Source of the DNA: Mobula hypostoma
Lineage: Eukaryota
DNA: 64,000 bases
NCBI RefSeq assembly: GCF_963921235.1
Contig: NC_086108.1
Span: 66,714,001-66,778,000 of the forward strand
Direction of reading: 5' to 3'
Positions 37,545 to 50,380 of the stretch are shown in pieces. Each line of letters starts with the position of its first letter. Positions within the stretch are counted from its first letter, which is position 1. The position numbers and the translations under genes are program-made. The notes under the pieces were generated by a model that was not told where the DNA came from, searched no databases, and worked only from the letters and a program-made list of their open reading frames with translations.

Positions 37545-38680
37545 TCAAGTACAAATTCAAGTTTATTGTCATCTGCCTGTACATATATACAACTAAATAA
37601 AACAATGTTCCTCCAGATGATGGTGCACCTACAAAACATATAGTATGTCACACATAGCAGTAAAATAAAAGTTATTACTGCAAATAATTTAATAAAATAT
37701 AATTCAATATTATGTGGTACACAGCACAGGTAAACAGCAAACAGCTTGCTGTCCCACTGATAAGACCATGGTGGACAGCAGGGCATTCATTAGTCTCACA
37801 GTCTCAAGAGAAAGCTGTTACTCAGTCTGGCAATCCTAGTCCTGATGCCCCTGATGCTCCTGTACCTCCTTCCTGACAGTAGTGGGTCAAAGAGATTCTG
37901 TGATGTGTGGTAGGGATCTTCAACAATGCTTCATTCCCTTTGTATACACTACTCCCAGTAAATGTCACAAATAGGGCAGAGGAAGACCACAGTGATTCTC
38001 TTGGTTGTTTTTACTATCCCCTGTAAGGTCTTATGGCCTGATGCCTTGTAGCTTACATTACATAGAAAGTTGTTAGAATAGGAGCAGGCAGCCTTGCACG
38101 CCTCGATCTCCTCAGAAAGTGTAGACTCTGCTGTGCCTTCTTGACTATTGAGGAGGTGTAGTGGTCCAGGTTAGATCGTCCGCTATGGACAATCCAAGAA
38201 ACTTTGTGCTCTTCACATCCTCCACAGCAGAGCCATTTCTTTGCAATGGAGAGTGGTCAACCTATGCTTGTCTGAAATCCACAATAATCTCTTTTGTCTT
38301 GACAACATTGACACCCAGGTCGCTGTTCTCACAGCATTTGACAAGCCTCTACACCCCCCCTCTCTGTATGTCAACTCATCATTGCTGCTGATGAGGGCAA
38401 ATACCATTGTATCATCAGTGAATTTGATGATGCTGTTTGCGCTTCATCAGGCAGTGAGTTAGCAGGTGAACAGCAGCGGGCAGAACACACAACCCTGAGG
38501 GGCACCAGAGCTCAGCATGATGGAGCTTGAGATCTTGAGGCCAACCAGACTAACTGGGGTCTTTCCGTCAACAAGTCCAAGATCCAGTTCCAGAGAGGGG
38601 TGTTGAGTCCCAACAAGGCCAGTTTACCCACCAGTCTCTGAGGAATGATCATGTTAAATGTCAAGCTGAACAACATCCTG
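37545..38680 (-). mobile_element. Rex1/Babar LINE 3' fragment
   Basis: [33 protein letters not shown]; tail gacaataaacttgaa on the minus strand. Confidence 0.8.
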
Positions 38681-40062
38681 GCTAATGCTGGGGAGGCACT
38701 GCAGGAAGCTGGGTTGTCTATTTCATTTGCAAAGTAATATTTTATAAATGCCAATGTAATTTATTGTGAACAACCTGACACTGAAAATCAACTTCAGAAA
38801 TGATGAATATCATTCCGTCAGATTTTCATTTCTGTAATTTTAAATAGAAAACTGAAGAAACACACCAGTCCTCAGATCCCAATGGATAAGGTCATCAGAA
38901 ATCTGTAGGCAAGAGGAAGTAAAAGCTGAGCCATTATTTCCAACAATAAACAAGGTTGAAATAGAAATACGACTGATATTACTGTTCGATGCAGGCATTC
39001 CATTTTTATATGAAAGCATTGATGCTGTGCAGAAATGCTTCTGTTGACCCTGCAAGGTTAAATAACTCTATTAGTCTCCCATTGAGTTGATGTTAGCACA
39101 AGAATATCATACATTGAACATCTACTATGAGAACCATTTGAGCTGCTGGATATAATTATATGTACAATTTCTGCAAGATATTCAATATTCATAATCAATT
39201 GGTGCCAATTCCTTTCTTCTGAAATAGTTGACTATTTAAAAAAAACAGCTCTGATTCTGCAGCAGGATCTAAACTTTGTTTTCATTTTCTTTCCTAAATA
39301 AATACCAAATATTTCTGGTATGACATTCAAAATTTAAAAAAAACGGAAGCATTAAATAAACTTACTTTCCCAGGATGACCTAGTGTACTTTATAAATAAT
39401 TAAATAACTTTGAAGTTGGTCATTGAAGAAAATTCATTAGCCAGTTTTGAGATAGTATGGCCCCACAAATGATGGTTAGACTACAACTAGATAGTTTGCT
39501 TTAGGGATGTTGATTGAGATATAAATATAGAGAACTCTCTTATATAGTATATTTTCACATTTTCTATAGGATCATTTATATTTACCTGAGAGGGCAGAAG
39601 TTTGGGATCTCATTCCTTGGCCTGCATTACAGTTGCACAACCAGCATTGGGATTTTACCTTCTGACTCATGCTAGAATACTACCTGAGCCAAGGCATTTA
39701 CCCTGCTGAGCTCTACCTCTTCAGATATTTCTTTTTAATGCATCTCAGCCAACCTGGCTGAAATTCATACATCTCCTTGGGACATGGGCACTAGAAGAAA
39801 CGCAAGGCATAAATGTAAACGGGTTACTTCTTCAGTGCAATATTCTAACTGCAGCTTCACAATCACCTGAACTTAGTGGAGACATTATTCTGTTGCATTA
39901 AATTAAAAGTACAAGTTTTAATCATGTAAATGCAACATCTGGTATCAACATAACAAAGAGGAAGAATTGTCTTGGTTTAAGATCATCATCCAATGACTTT
40001 GATCAGCAGAATCATAGATTTTGTACTACATGGAGACCACTGAGCTCATTGTACTGGGAAAA

Positions 40063-40590
40063 TCAGAATTGGAATCAGGCTTATTATCACCGGTATGGGA
40101 CATAAAATTTGTTAACTTAGCAGCAGCAGTTCAATGCAGTAATAAATAAATAAATTACAATATTTGTATATTGAATAGATTAAAAATGTGCAAAAACAGA
40201 AGCAATGTATATTAAAAAGAAGTGAGGTAGTGTTCATGGGTTCAATGTCCATTTTGGAATCGGATGGCAGAGGGGAAGAAGCTGTTCCTGAATCACTGAG
40301 TGTGTGCCTTCAGGCCTCTGTACCTCCTACCTGATGGTAACAGTGAGAAAAGGGCATGCCCTGGGTGCTGGAGATCCTTAATCATGGACGCTGCCTTTTT
40401 GAGAAACCGCTTCTTGAAGATGTCCGGGGTACTTTGTAGGCGAGTACCCAAGATGGAGCTGACTAGATTTACAACCCTCTGCAGCTTCTTTCAGTCCTGT
40501 GCAGTAGGTCCCCCCATACCAGACAGTGATGCAGCCTGTCAGAATTCTCTCCATAGTATATCTATAGAAGATTTTGAGTGTTTTTGTTGG
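40063..40590 (-). mobile_element. Rex1/Babar LINE 3' fragment
   Basis: TKTLKIFYRYTMERILTGCITVWYG; inverted tail atcagaattggaatcaggcttattatc. Confidence 0.8.
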
Positions 40591-42774
40591 AAAACAAAAT
40601 ATGGAAAAGATCCATATATCAACCATTTTCTCTGACCATTATATTCTATTGCTTTTTCAAATATTTTTCATGTTACTGAATTTTTCGTCTACCATTTTTT
40701 ACCTCCCAATGTCTATCTACATAAGGAATATCTCCCGACCTCCTCCTATATTTTGATGATCATTTGAAACTTGTATCCTCCAGTTGCTAACTCACAGGTT
40801 ACTTGTAATATTCCCTTTTGCCAACCTAATGGAGCTGAAAATTTAATGCTATCTATCATTCAAGTTTGATTTTGAGCCTGAAGATGATCAGCTTGTTGGG
40901 TAAACAAAGTAAACACTCCAAGAACTTATGCTGATATGTAGAACCATGGTAACTTTCCAGAATGATACCATTAACTCAGCCCAGAATAGAAAAAAATGCT
41001 CATTTTCAGTAATGACTTCCTGAGTTTTCCAGCAAAGACACTGTTCCATAACAAGAGGGTACAGCAATGTGGCATTAATATATCAGAAAACGTGCTTTCC
41101 ACGTTTAAAGGAAAACATACTTTGAAATGCATTGCCTACAGAAAGTTAATTGTAATATTTTAATGGTATCTTAAAACCATCACAACCAATAAAAAAAAAC
41201 ACACTGGAGTCGTTCATTTTCATACTGATCTGATAGCAATAAATTGCCAACAAATGGCCAGATCAGAGCGAATTGCCTTTTCCGTTGTGTGCCTTTGAGT
41301 ATGGTTACAATTTTGGAATGCAATTGTTTATCATTCATGCTCTAGAAAAGTATTATTTTAATTCATTTTCTTTTACACCTCCTACAATTATTTTTCATCC
41401 TGTTTTTATTTTTCTTCAGGAATAACATCAGAGGCTGTTCAAATGGGCTGCTAGACTTCTTCGTATATTTCATTACCTACGGACACAGGGGGTAGAACAT
41501 AGAATACTACAGCACAGGGACATGCACTTTGGCCCACAATGCTGTGCCAATCCTGCGTTGGTATGGAGTTTGTTGACCACAAAGTTTTAAACTCAGACAA
41601 AAACTCAAGCCCTATCCGGTATAAATAGCCATGAGTATCCTCATTAAAGGGAGGTTATACTGTAATTATCCAATCTTCAAAGACTAATTTCTTTCCTTGT
41701 TTACTCTTCACGGTGAGTTTAGCTGCCAATACCCATTATTTGTGCGGTGAGTCCTCCCCCACCCCCCACCAAGGAGAGATACTTCCAGCTAACAAAGTAG
41801 ATTAAACACAGTTCATTTACTTTCTGAGATACACCTTTAAATCAAGATAACATTCTTATAAAAATGGTTTGGAGGTTAGAAATCTATTATAAGATACAGA
41901 TCCTCTGTGAGAGGTAAATTTGTTTTTAAGAATGTTGTTTGTATCTCGTAGAGGATTTGTATCTTATAATGGACTTCCAACTTACAAACCATTTTTAACT
42001 TACAAACCATTTTTGGGAACACTAAGGGTTCCCAAAACACAGGTACAATGCCTACAAGTTAAAAAGACATATAGTCATCTATTGCAGAATTCAAAGGCAG
42101 AGGAATGGACTCTAGTTCATCCCATATTTCTTTCACACCAGTTGATGTTCCTTAACCCATCCCCAATAAGCCTGAATTGTTCTCTTCATTTATACAGTTT
42201 TCCTGCACTTGGGTGAGTTCACACACGTGATATTCTTTCAGATAACTTCTAACACAACGATATATAAGCTTCTTGAAGACAGAGATTCCAGGTACCCATA
42301 AATAATGCTGTGAAGCTAACTTTGCAGAGTACATAAATCTTCTAATTTATTAATAGATTAGTCCTTTAATATGTTAAGTGATATCTTCCATCTGGTCTGC
42401 AAGCTTCCTTCAACTGAGTAACTTAGCCAAAGTTGGCTGTTTGGAAAAAGCCAAATTAAATAACTTATTTTCATATACTGCACCTCTTGAACAACAATAA
42501 GCCAGATTCTATGAACTATCATCCTGCTTTCTGTGGACAATGCATCTGCTGGAAAGCTTCTAGCTTTTAACTGACTATTGCTTGCCAGTCAGAATAAAAA
42601 CTGCAGACTGGCTCCCATTTACAAGCAGAAGATAAACAAAGAATATTATTTGGATGTTTATCATATTCAAATAAGCAACCCTTTGATCTCTAGAAGTGTC
42701 AACTACTGTGTTTAGAAAGCTGAGCTTGGAAAAAAAAGCAAGAAACCCTGGCCCAATTAAATTAGTAATCAACT

Positions 42775-43290
42775 AAACTAATCCATCTACCTACACAATG
42801 TCCATATCCTTCCATTTTCTTCACATTCATATTTCTATCTTAACGTCTCTTAAAAGTCTCTAATGTCTTTGCCTTAAGCAACACCCAGGCAGAACATGCA
42901 CAACTCTTTGTGTAAAAAAAACACACACGGCACATCTCCTTTGAAATTAACCCCTCTCACCTTAAATGCATGCCCTCTAGTATTGGACATTTCAATCTTG
43001 GGAAAAAGATACCATCTTTCTAATCAATCTTTGGCCTCTCACAATCTTATAAACCTCTATGAGATCTCCTCTCAGCCCACCATTCCAGAGAAAAAGTTAT
43101 CCAACCTCTCATTATAGCGCAGGCCCTCTAATCCAGGCAGCATCCTGACAAACATCTTTTGCACTTTCTCCAAAGCCTGAGCTACAATGGGGCAACCAGA
43201 ACTCAATGCAGTACTCTAGATGCAGCCTAACTAGAGTTTTATAAAGCTGCAACATAATTTCCTGATTTTATAAAGCTGAAACATAACATC
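42775..43290 (-). mobile_element. CR1 3' fragment
   Basis: Similar to 52500-52945 (ccctctaatccaggcagcatcctg..agagttttataaagctgc); short terminal duplication at about 43237-43292. Confidence 0.75.
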
Positions 43291-43527
43291 CTGGGTAATT
43301 TAAAAGCACCATGGTGTAAAACACATTTTAATCTTTTCATCAAGCTAGTTCTTGCACATGTAAATAGAAGGTCAAGCAATATTGTGGAAAGTGGAAATAC
43401 TTCAAGCATTTCAGGATGACTACATCAAATCTGAACAAAAAACAGAAATCAATCACATCTTATGTTGCAGAGACAGGAAAAAGGTTGGAGAGAATAAAGT
43501 AAATGTCTGTGAAAGGGTGGAGACAAA

Positions 43528-44042
43528 AGGCTGATTTATACTTGTGTGTCAAATCAACGCCATAGGTATAGTGTAGCTGCAAACTCTACGCAGTGCCGAC
43601 ATGGATCTCTATGTCGTAGCCTGACGCGCACCTCTCCCAAACTGTAACCACACGTCGTGGCAACGCAGACCGCAACAACTGTGATTGGTCCGCTTGGTAG
43701 CATCGCATTTCCTCCTGCGCTGCAATAGCTTCCCATTGGGTGACTGAAGGGCAGGGAAGGAACTCTGGCTGCAATGCTTTCCATAAAGCTTTACAGACCT
43801 CCGAAATTATGGAGGACACATTTCGCATTTACGAAAAAGGATGCTCGCTTTAAACTTGTTTACCCCAAGAAAGACTACCATGACCATGAAGCCTTGCATA
43901 GGCAGGTGTGTGTGCATGCGTGACGTGCACAAATTGCAGAGCAACGCAGATGCACCAACGCACAAGTATAAATGCTCACAACGGTGTAGTCCACTTGCGT
44001 AGGTTACAGCACAAGCTAGTGCGCACAAGTATCAATCAGCCG
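43528..44042 (-). mobile_element. Non-autonomous PIF/Harbinger element, copy 1
   Basis: TIR aggctgatttatacttgtg; 3' flank TAA; transposase remnant [25 protein letters not shown]. Confidence 0.8.
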
Positions 44043-44686
44043 TAAGGGAGACTGAAAGATGCAGTAGTGGTGTTGCAAGCTGAGAGGCTGATGAAGGGTC
44101 ATTGATCACAATTAAATCCATTTGAAGGGATTATAGATGGAAAAAGTTGATTGTGGGGCAATAAAATCAATGCCCAGACTGTGAGAACCACAGCATTACT
44201 ATTGTTGGAGATCTGATATGAAAGGGTATTCTGAAAATACTCAGCAGGTTAGGCTGTGTCTGAGAAAAGAAAAAAAAACAGATAGCTAACATCACAGGTT
44301 GATGACCATCTAAAACAGATTAATCAGATATAAAATCAAATGATCTGATATGGCTTGATGTCCAGTGACAGAGTTTAAATCAAGAGGGAGGTGTGAGGAA
44401 GTGTCAAGGAACTGTAGACTGGCGGTTAGTTTGCTATGCTACAACATCACCCACCTTGTCAACAAGTCGGCTGGAAATGCCGGGGTTGGTCAAGTGAGCA
44501 GAGGAACACAAGTTCAGAAAGAGGTAGGTTAGAGGGAATAAGGCTAACCGAAAAATTGAAATGGTCAGTGTTACGTCAGCAGTTAGAAATGAATAGACCT
44601 CATACTTCGGATAATTTGCTGCTTCAGATCTGCAAGTAATCTGATCCCATTAATCCAGGAACATTCCTCAGCCAGGACAGATTTCC

Positions 44687-44764
44687 ATAAAGCAACTATT
44701 TATGAACCAGATACATCCCTTTACTATAAAGCAACTATTTATGAACCAGATACATCCCTTTACT
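44687..44764. repeat. Perfect 39-bp tandem duplication
   Basis: ataaagcaactatttatgaaccagatacatccctttact occurs twice in tandem. Confidence 0.95.
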
Positions 44765-45329
44765 AGATATCTCTTGTAAACTCTGAATACTTTGAATCTG
44801 CATTAGCTTTGAAACAAGATGATTGGTCTGTAATAGTTCCAATTATTCTGGTTATACTTCACTATTGTTAGAAGTAACACCATCTGTCTGTCTCAACCTA
44901 TTTCAAGTAATAGAATTAAGCTGCACAGGTTTCTCCCTGTGAAACGAAGAAGGAAAGAGCTCTTTATTAGTGACTGATGATATAACCATCTGCCATGTGA
45001 ATTACATTATATACTAACAAGCAGAATTACAGCCTTCTGCTTAGCTATAATGGTCCACGGTCTCATGCTGCGGCTATTATTAATCTAAATGGAATAAAAA
45101 TAAAAATTTGCTACCAGGGACTTACTACTCTTACGTAGCAGAAACATAAAAAGATAAGATTTCCACCATGGCAAGTTGAGCTAAACTTCTACTTTCTCTT
45201 TACTTCATGTCAATTCCCAGCAATGGGAATATGAAACATTTGGAGTTGGTGATATGTACTGTTTGTAATAGTATTTATTGCTCTCAGTTCACCCTGAGAT
45301 TGGTTTTGCACTCCTTGTAAAAGTGTATC

Positions 45330-46075
45330 CCCTTATCTGAGATTTCAAAATCCAAAAGCCTCCGAAACCTGAAATTTTTTGAGCGCTGACGTGACATCAC
45401 AAAAATTAAATTCCACAATGTGCTGGGAAGGCACCCAGGTGATGTGCAGCTCTCTGCACACCCCAGACAATTCTAAGATGTGACCTCACATATGTAATGA
45501 ACAACAAAAACAACACTGCATAAAGCGAGAAATGAAGATCTCGATCGTATATTGAAAGAGTGGATTTGTCAGCAGAGTCAACATACGCCACTTAACGCTA
45601 TGCTGATCATGAAACAAGCGAAGATCTATCATGACGAACTGAAATTTGAAGTAAATTGTGACTTCAACAGGCTGGTTGCAGATATTTAAGAAATAGCACG
45701 GTATTAAGATTTTTAAAATTTTAAAGATAAAGTGAATGCTGATCACAAAGCAGCAAAGAACTTCATTGATAAGTTTGTGTAGATCGTAACTGATGAAAAT
45801 CTAATACCAGAACAAGTCTACAATGTTGATTACTTTTATACCTACACAAAACCCCCAAAAAAACAAATAAAGTGTACTGTAATCTTTTAATCAAAACATG
45901 ATATCGTAGGTGGAGACTGAAGGCTTGCCATTGTTTGTTCACAGCTGATTCAGGTATTCTCCCGATGCTGCTGTGCTGATTTTGTTACCCTGCACACATT
46001 ATATTTTCATTGTAATAATGTTTACTGTTAAGTATGTGTGTGTGATGAACAAGTGTAAGACAAAGACTGCTTATA
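45330..46075 (+). mobile_element. Decayed Tigger/Jerky-like pogo derivative
   Basis: KTLHKARNEDLDRILKEWICQ..LIMKQAKIYHDEL..ADHKAAKNFIDKF..DENLIPEQVYNVD at about 45510-45830. Confidence 0.7.
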
Positions 46076-46127
46076 AATTCAGAGATTCCTAAATTATCTC
46101 ATCATATACTCCATGATCTGAAAAATA

Positions 46128-47425
46128 TTCAAAGTAAATTGTCAAAGTACATATATGTTACCATATACAACCCTGAGATTTGTTTTCTTGCAGGCATACT
46201 CATTAAATCCAGGAACCTTAATAGAATCAATGAAAAAACGCACCAAAGACAACAAACTGTGCAAATAAAAATGAGAAGAAAAGTAAGCAAAAAATACCAA
46301 GAGTGTGAGATAAAGAATCCTTGAAAGTGAGTCCAAAGGTTGTGGGAACAATTCAATGATGAGGCAAGCAGAGTTGAATTAAATCATGCCCACTGGTCCA
46401 AGAGACTGATGGTTCAGGGGTAATAACTGTTCCTGAACCTGGTAGTGTGAGTTCTGAAGCTCCTGTACCTTCTTCATGATGGCAGTAGTGGGTAGAAAGC
46501 ATTATCTGAATGGTGGGGGTCCTTGATGATGGATGCTGCTTTCCTGCGACAGTTCTCCATGTGGATGTGCTCAATGGAGGGGCTGTATCCACTACTTTTT
46601 GTAGGATTTTCAGTACAAGGGCATTAGTGATTCCATACCAAGCTGTGATACAACCAGTGAATATACTCTCCACCACACATCTCTAGCAGTTTGTCAAAGT
46701 ATTAGATGCCCAATCTTCGCAAACTTCTTAAGGAAAAAGTGCTGCCATGCTTTCTTTGTAATTGCTGGGCCCAGGCCAGGTCCTCTGAAACGGTAACACC
46801 AATGATTTTATAAGTTGCTTTCACTCTCCATCTCTGATCCCCTGATGAGGACTGGATCATGGACCTCCAGTTTCCTCCTGATGAAGTCAATAATTAGTTC
46901 CTTGGTCTTGATGTCTGAGTGAGAGATTGTCATTTCGGTACCACTTAGTCAGATTTTCAATCTCCCTCCTACATGTTGATTTGTCACCACCTTTTGTTCA
47001 GCCAATGACAGTGGTGTCATTGTTAAAAATATGTCATTGGAGCTGTGCTTAGTCACACAGTCAAAAGCGTAAAGAGAGTGGGGAAGGAGACTATGCACAC
47101 AGCCTTATGGTGTACCTGTGCTGACGGAGATTGAGACGGGGATGTTATCGCCAATCCGAACTGATTGAAGAAATCAAGGATACAATTGCACAAGGAGATA
47201 TTGAAGCCAGTCTTGAAGCTTATTGATTAGTTTTGAGGGAATGACAGTATTGAGTGCCAAGCTATAGTTGATAAAGAACATCTTGATTTCTGCACCTTTG
47301 CTGTCCAGATGTTCCCAGGTTGAGTGAAAAGCCAACAAAATGGCATCTGCTGCGGACCCATTGTGCTGCTAGACAAATTGGAGTGGATCCAAATTGCTTC
47401 TCAGGGAAAGTTGATTTGTTTCATC
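46128..47425 (-). mobile_element. Rex1/Babar LINE fragment
   Basis: LDPLQF..MFFINYS..NTVIPSKLINKLQD; VESIFTGCITAWYG. Confidence 0.8.
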
Positions 47426-47429
47426 ATTC

Positions 47430-47915
47430 ACTATAGGAAACATCCTCTCCACGTCAAATCCATCTAGGCCTTCGAATATGCGATAGGTTTTGATCCCCCC
47501 TTACATGTCTAAACTCCAGCGAGTACAGGCTCAAAGCCATCAAATGCTCCTCATGCATTCACCCTTTCATTCCCAGGATCATTCCTGTGAACTTCCTTTG
47601 GACCCTTTCCAATGCCAGCACATCCTTTCTTGGATGAGGGAACCAAACCGCTCACAATACTCCAAGGATGGTCTGTCTCATGCATTATAAAGCCTCAGAA
47701 TTACTGTCCATTCTTGCTTTTATATTGTAGTCCTCTCAAAATGAATGCCAGCATTGCATTTGCCTTCCTTACCACCAATTCAACCTACAAATTAATCTTG
47801 AGAGAATTCTGCACAAGGACCCCCAAGTCCCTTTGCACCTCACATTTCGGAATTTGCTCCCTGTTTAGAAAATAGTGTATGCCTTTATTCCTTCTACCAA
47901 AGTGCATATGACCAA
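47430..47915 (-). mobile_element. CR1 RT fragment
   Basis: Minus strand encodes VQRDLGVLV..VVRKANAMLAFILRGLQYKS..CERFGS. Confidence 0.7.
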
Positions 47916-47919
47916 TACT

Positions 47920-48995
47920 ATTATTCCAAGCAAACTCCGGACCCTGGAGTTAATACCTCCCTTTGCAACTGGATCTTTGACTTTCTGACTAACAGACAAC
48001 ATAAGGTTAGGCAGCAACATCTGTGTCACGGTTATTCTAAACAATGGAGCTCCACAAAAGTTGCGTCTGCAGCCCCTACTCTGATCCCTGTACACTCATG
48101 ACTGTGTGGTCAGATTCTGCTCTAACCCCAGCTACAAATCTGCAGGTGATACCACTGATGTGGGCTGCATCTCAAGTAACTATGAGTCAGAGTACAGGAA
48201 GAAGTCAGAGAGCTTACTGATATGGTATCATGATAACAATCTTTCAACGTCAACCAAACAGTTGGTCATTAGCTTTGAAAGTGGGCGGTAGGGGCAGGGG
48301 TCATTACACATGCTCTAGTTTAGATCAACAGTGTCAAGGTTGAGAGCTTCAGGTCCTTCCTATGTGTGAGCATCACCAAAAGCATGCCCTGGTCCAACCA
48401 TGGTTGATGTCACAGCCAGGAAAACTCACCAATGCCTCTACTTTGTCAGAAGGCAAAAGAAATTCAGCATGTCCCAGTTGACTCTCACCAATGTTTATCA
48501 ATGCACCATAGAAAGCATTCTGTCTGGAAGCATAATGGCTTGGTACAGCTACTGCTCTGCACTGCACGTGGCTTCAAGTAACTACAAAGATCTGTGGTCA
48601 CAAGGACTGCCTCCCCTCTGTGGACTCTGTGTATATTTCCCACTACCTCAGTGAAGCCGCCTGCATAATCAAAGACCCCACCCACCCCGGATTTTATTTC
48701 TTCTCCCCTCTCCCATTGTAAAAGCCTGAATGCATTTACCACCAAATTTAAGGGCATATTATCAGACCCTTGAACAATAAGATCAGAGCCTTGTATAATA
48801 AGATGGACTCTTGGCCTCACAGTCTACCTTGTTATGATCTTGCACTTACTGTTTTCCTGCACTGCTGTATTCAGTATCTTTTACACTTCATTGTTCATTG
48901 ATATAATGTTACTTTATTCTAGTTCATCGCACCGTAATGACTTGATCTGTATAAACATTATGCATCTTGATATATGTGACAATAAAAAAGCAAGA
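47920..48995 (+). mobile_element. Rex1/Babar LINE 3' fragment
   Basis: CNWIFDFLTNRQ..GAPQ; TNVYQCTIESILSGSIMAWY; tail gtgacaataaa. Confidence 0.8.
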
Positions 48996-49537
48996 CCAAT
49001 ACTGTACTAATTTGATCATTATCACCTTGATGAATTGGGGAGCTTACCTTTCTTGAAAGGGCTGCTAAATTTCTGCAGTACAGCAATAACAATACATCAA
49101 AACTACAAAGTGGCTTGGAGAAAACTTGAGATGATGAAAGGTATTAAATAAACATTTTTTACTTTGTTTTACTGGTTAATGTCAGATTCCATTATATCTA
49201 ATATTACTTTAAAAGATCAACAACACCTGCTGTATAAGATACTTATTGTAAGAAGTTAAACAAGATACACAAAGTAAGTGCTATTGGTGAGATACTCAGT
49301 AGAACATCAGTCTTATTGGAAATAAGCCAGCTATCAAAATTTAATCAAAACAAACTAGTAAGACAAGTTCCTATTGAATTATTCTTGCAATACCTGAAAT
49401 AAAAAAGCATTGCTCCAGCAAAAGCAGAGTATAGTTTCAATCTGAATTATTCACTTAGTTTTTGTTCTCAATCTCTATAAACATTGGCTAAAGAAAAAGT
49501 TTCCACCCCACACAAAAGAAAATACCCCTTGATAATA

Positions 49538-49638
49538 GCAACACACACAAGATGCTGGAGGGACTCAGCAGGCCAGGCAGCATCCATGGAAAAGAGTAAA
49601 TAGTCGACGTTTCAGACAGAGACCCTTCTTCAGGGCTG
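49538..49638 (-). mobile_element. Short Penelope pseudo-LTR fragment with a hammerhead core
   Basis: Minus strand CTGAAGA-agggtctctgtct-GAAAC-GTC-GACT; flanked by cccttgataat direct repeats (about 49526-49536 and 49639-49649). Confidence 0.7.
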
Positions 49639-49979
49639 CCCTTGATAATGGTTCAAATAATGATGCGTGCAACTCCTCAGCTGGAGAACAAACCTGCATT
49701 TGTCAAGCATGACACAAGTTATTTCTGCCTGATAGCACATTCTCTGGGGATAATTAATATATGCTAAATCAACATATGGCTCACAATGGAGCTTTCTTTC
49801 CAGATTACACTAAACTCTCTCTTAATGACAAATAATCAACTTATTCTCAGTAACCTAATAACTGGATTCAAGTTGCTCTGTAAAACAAAAGCATATTTAC
49901 ATATATTGCACACATTGGTAGTCCAATATGTACATTTTAAGTTTTCTGTATTTTAACTATACAAGCAATCAATTAATAC

Positions 49980-50380
49980 ACATAGAAACTTAGAAAACCT
50001 ACAGCACAATACAGCCGCTTCGGCCCACAAAGCTGTGCCAAACATGTCCCTACCTTAGAAATTACCTAGGGTTACCCATAGCCCTCTATTTTTCTAAGCT
50101 CCATGTAGCTATCCAGGAGTCTCTTAAAAAACCCTATTGTATCCGCCTCCGCCACCGTCACTAGCAGCCCATTCCACACTCTCACCACTCGCTGCGTAAA
50201 AAACTTACCCTTGACATCTCTGTACCTACTTCCAAGCACCTTAAAACTGTGCTCTCTCGTGCTAGCCATCTCAGCCCTGGGAAAAAGCCTCTGACTATCC
50301 ACACAATTAATGCCTCTCATCATCTTATACACCTCTATCAGGTCACTCCATCGCTCCACGGAGAAAAGGCCATGTTCACT
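49980..50380 (-). mobile_element. CR1 3' fragment
   Basis: DLIEVYKMMRG..FFTQRVVRVWN..FKRLLD. Confidence 0.88.
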
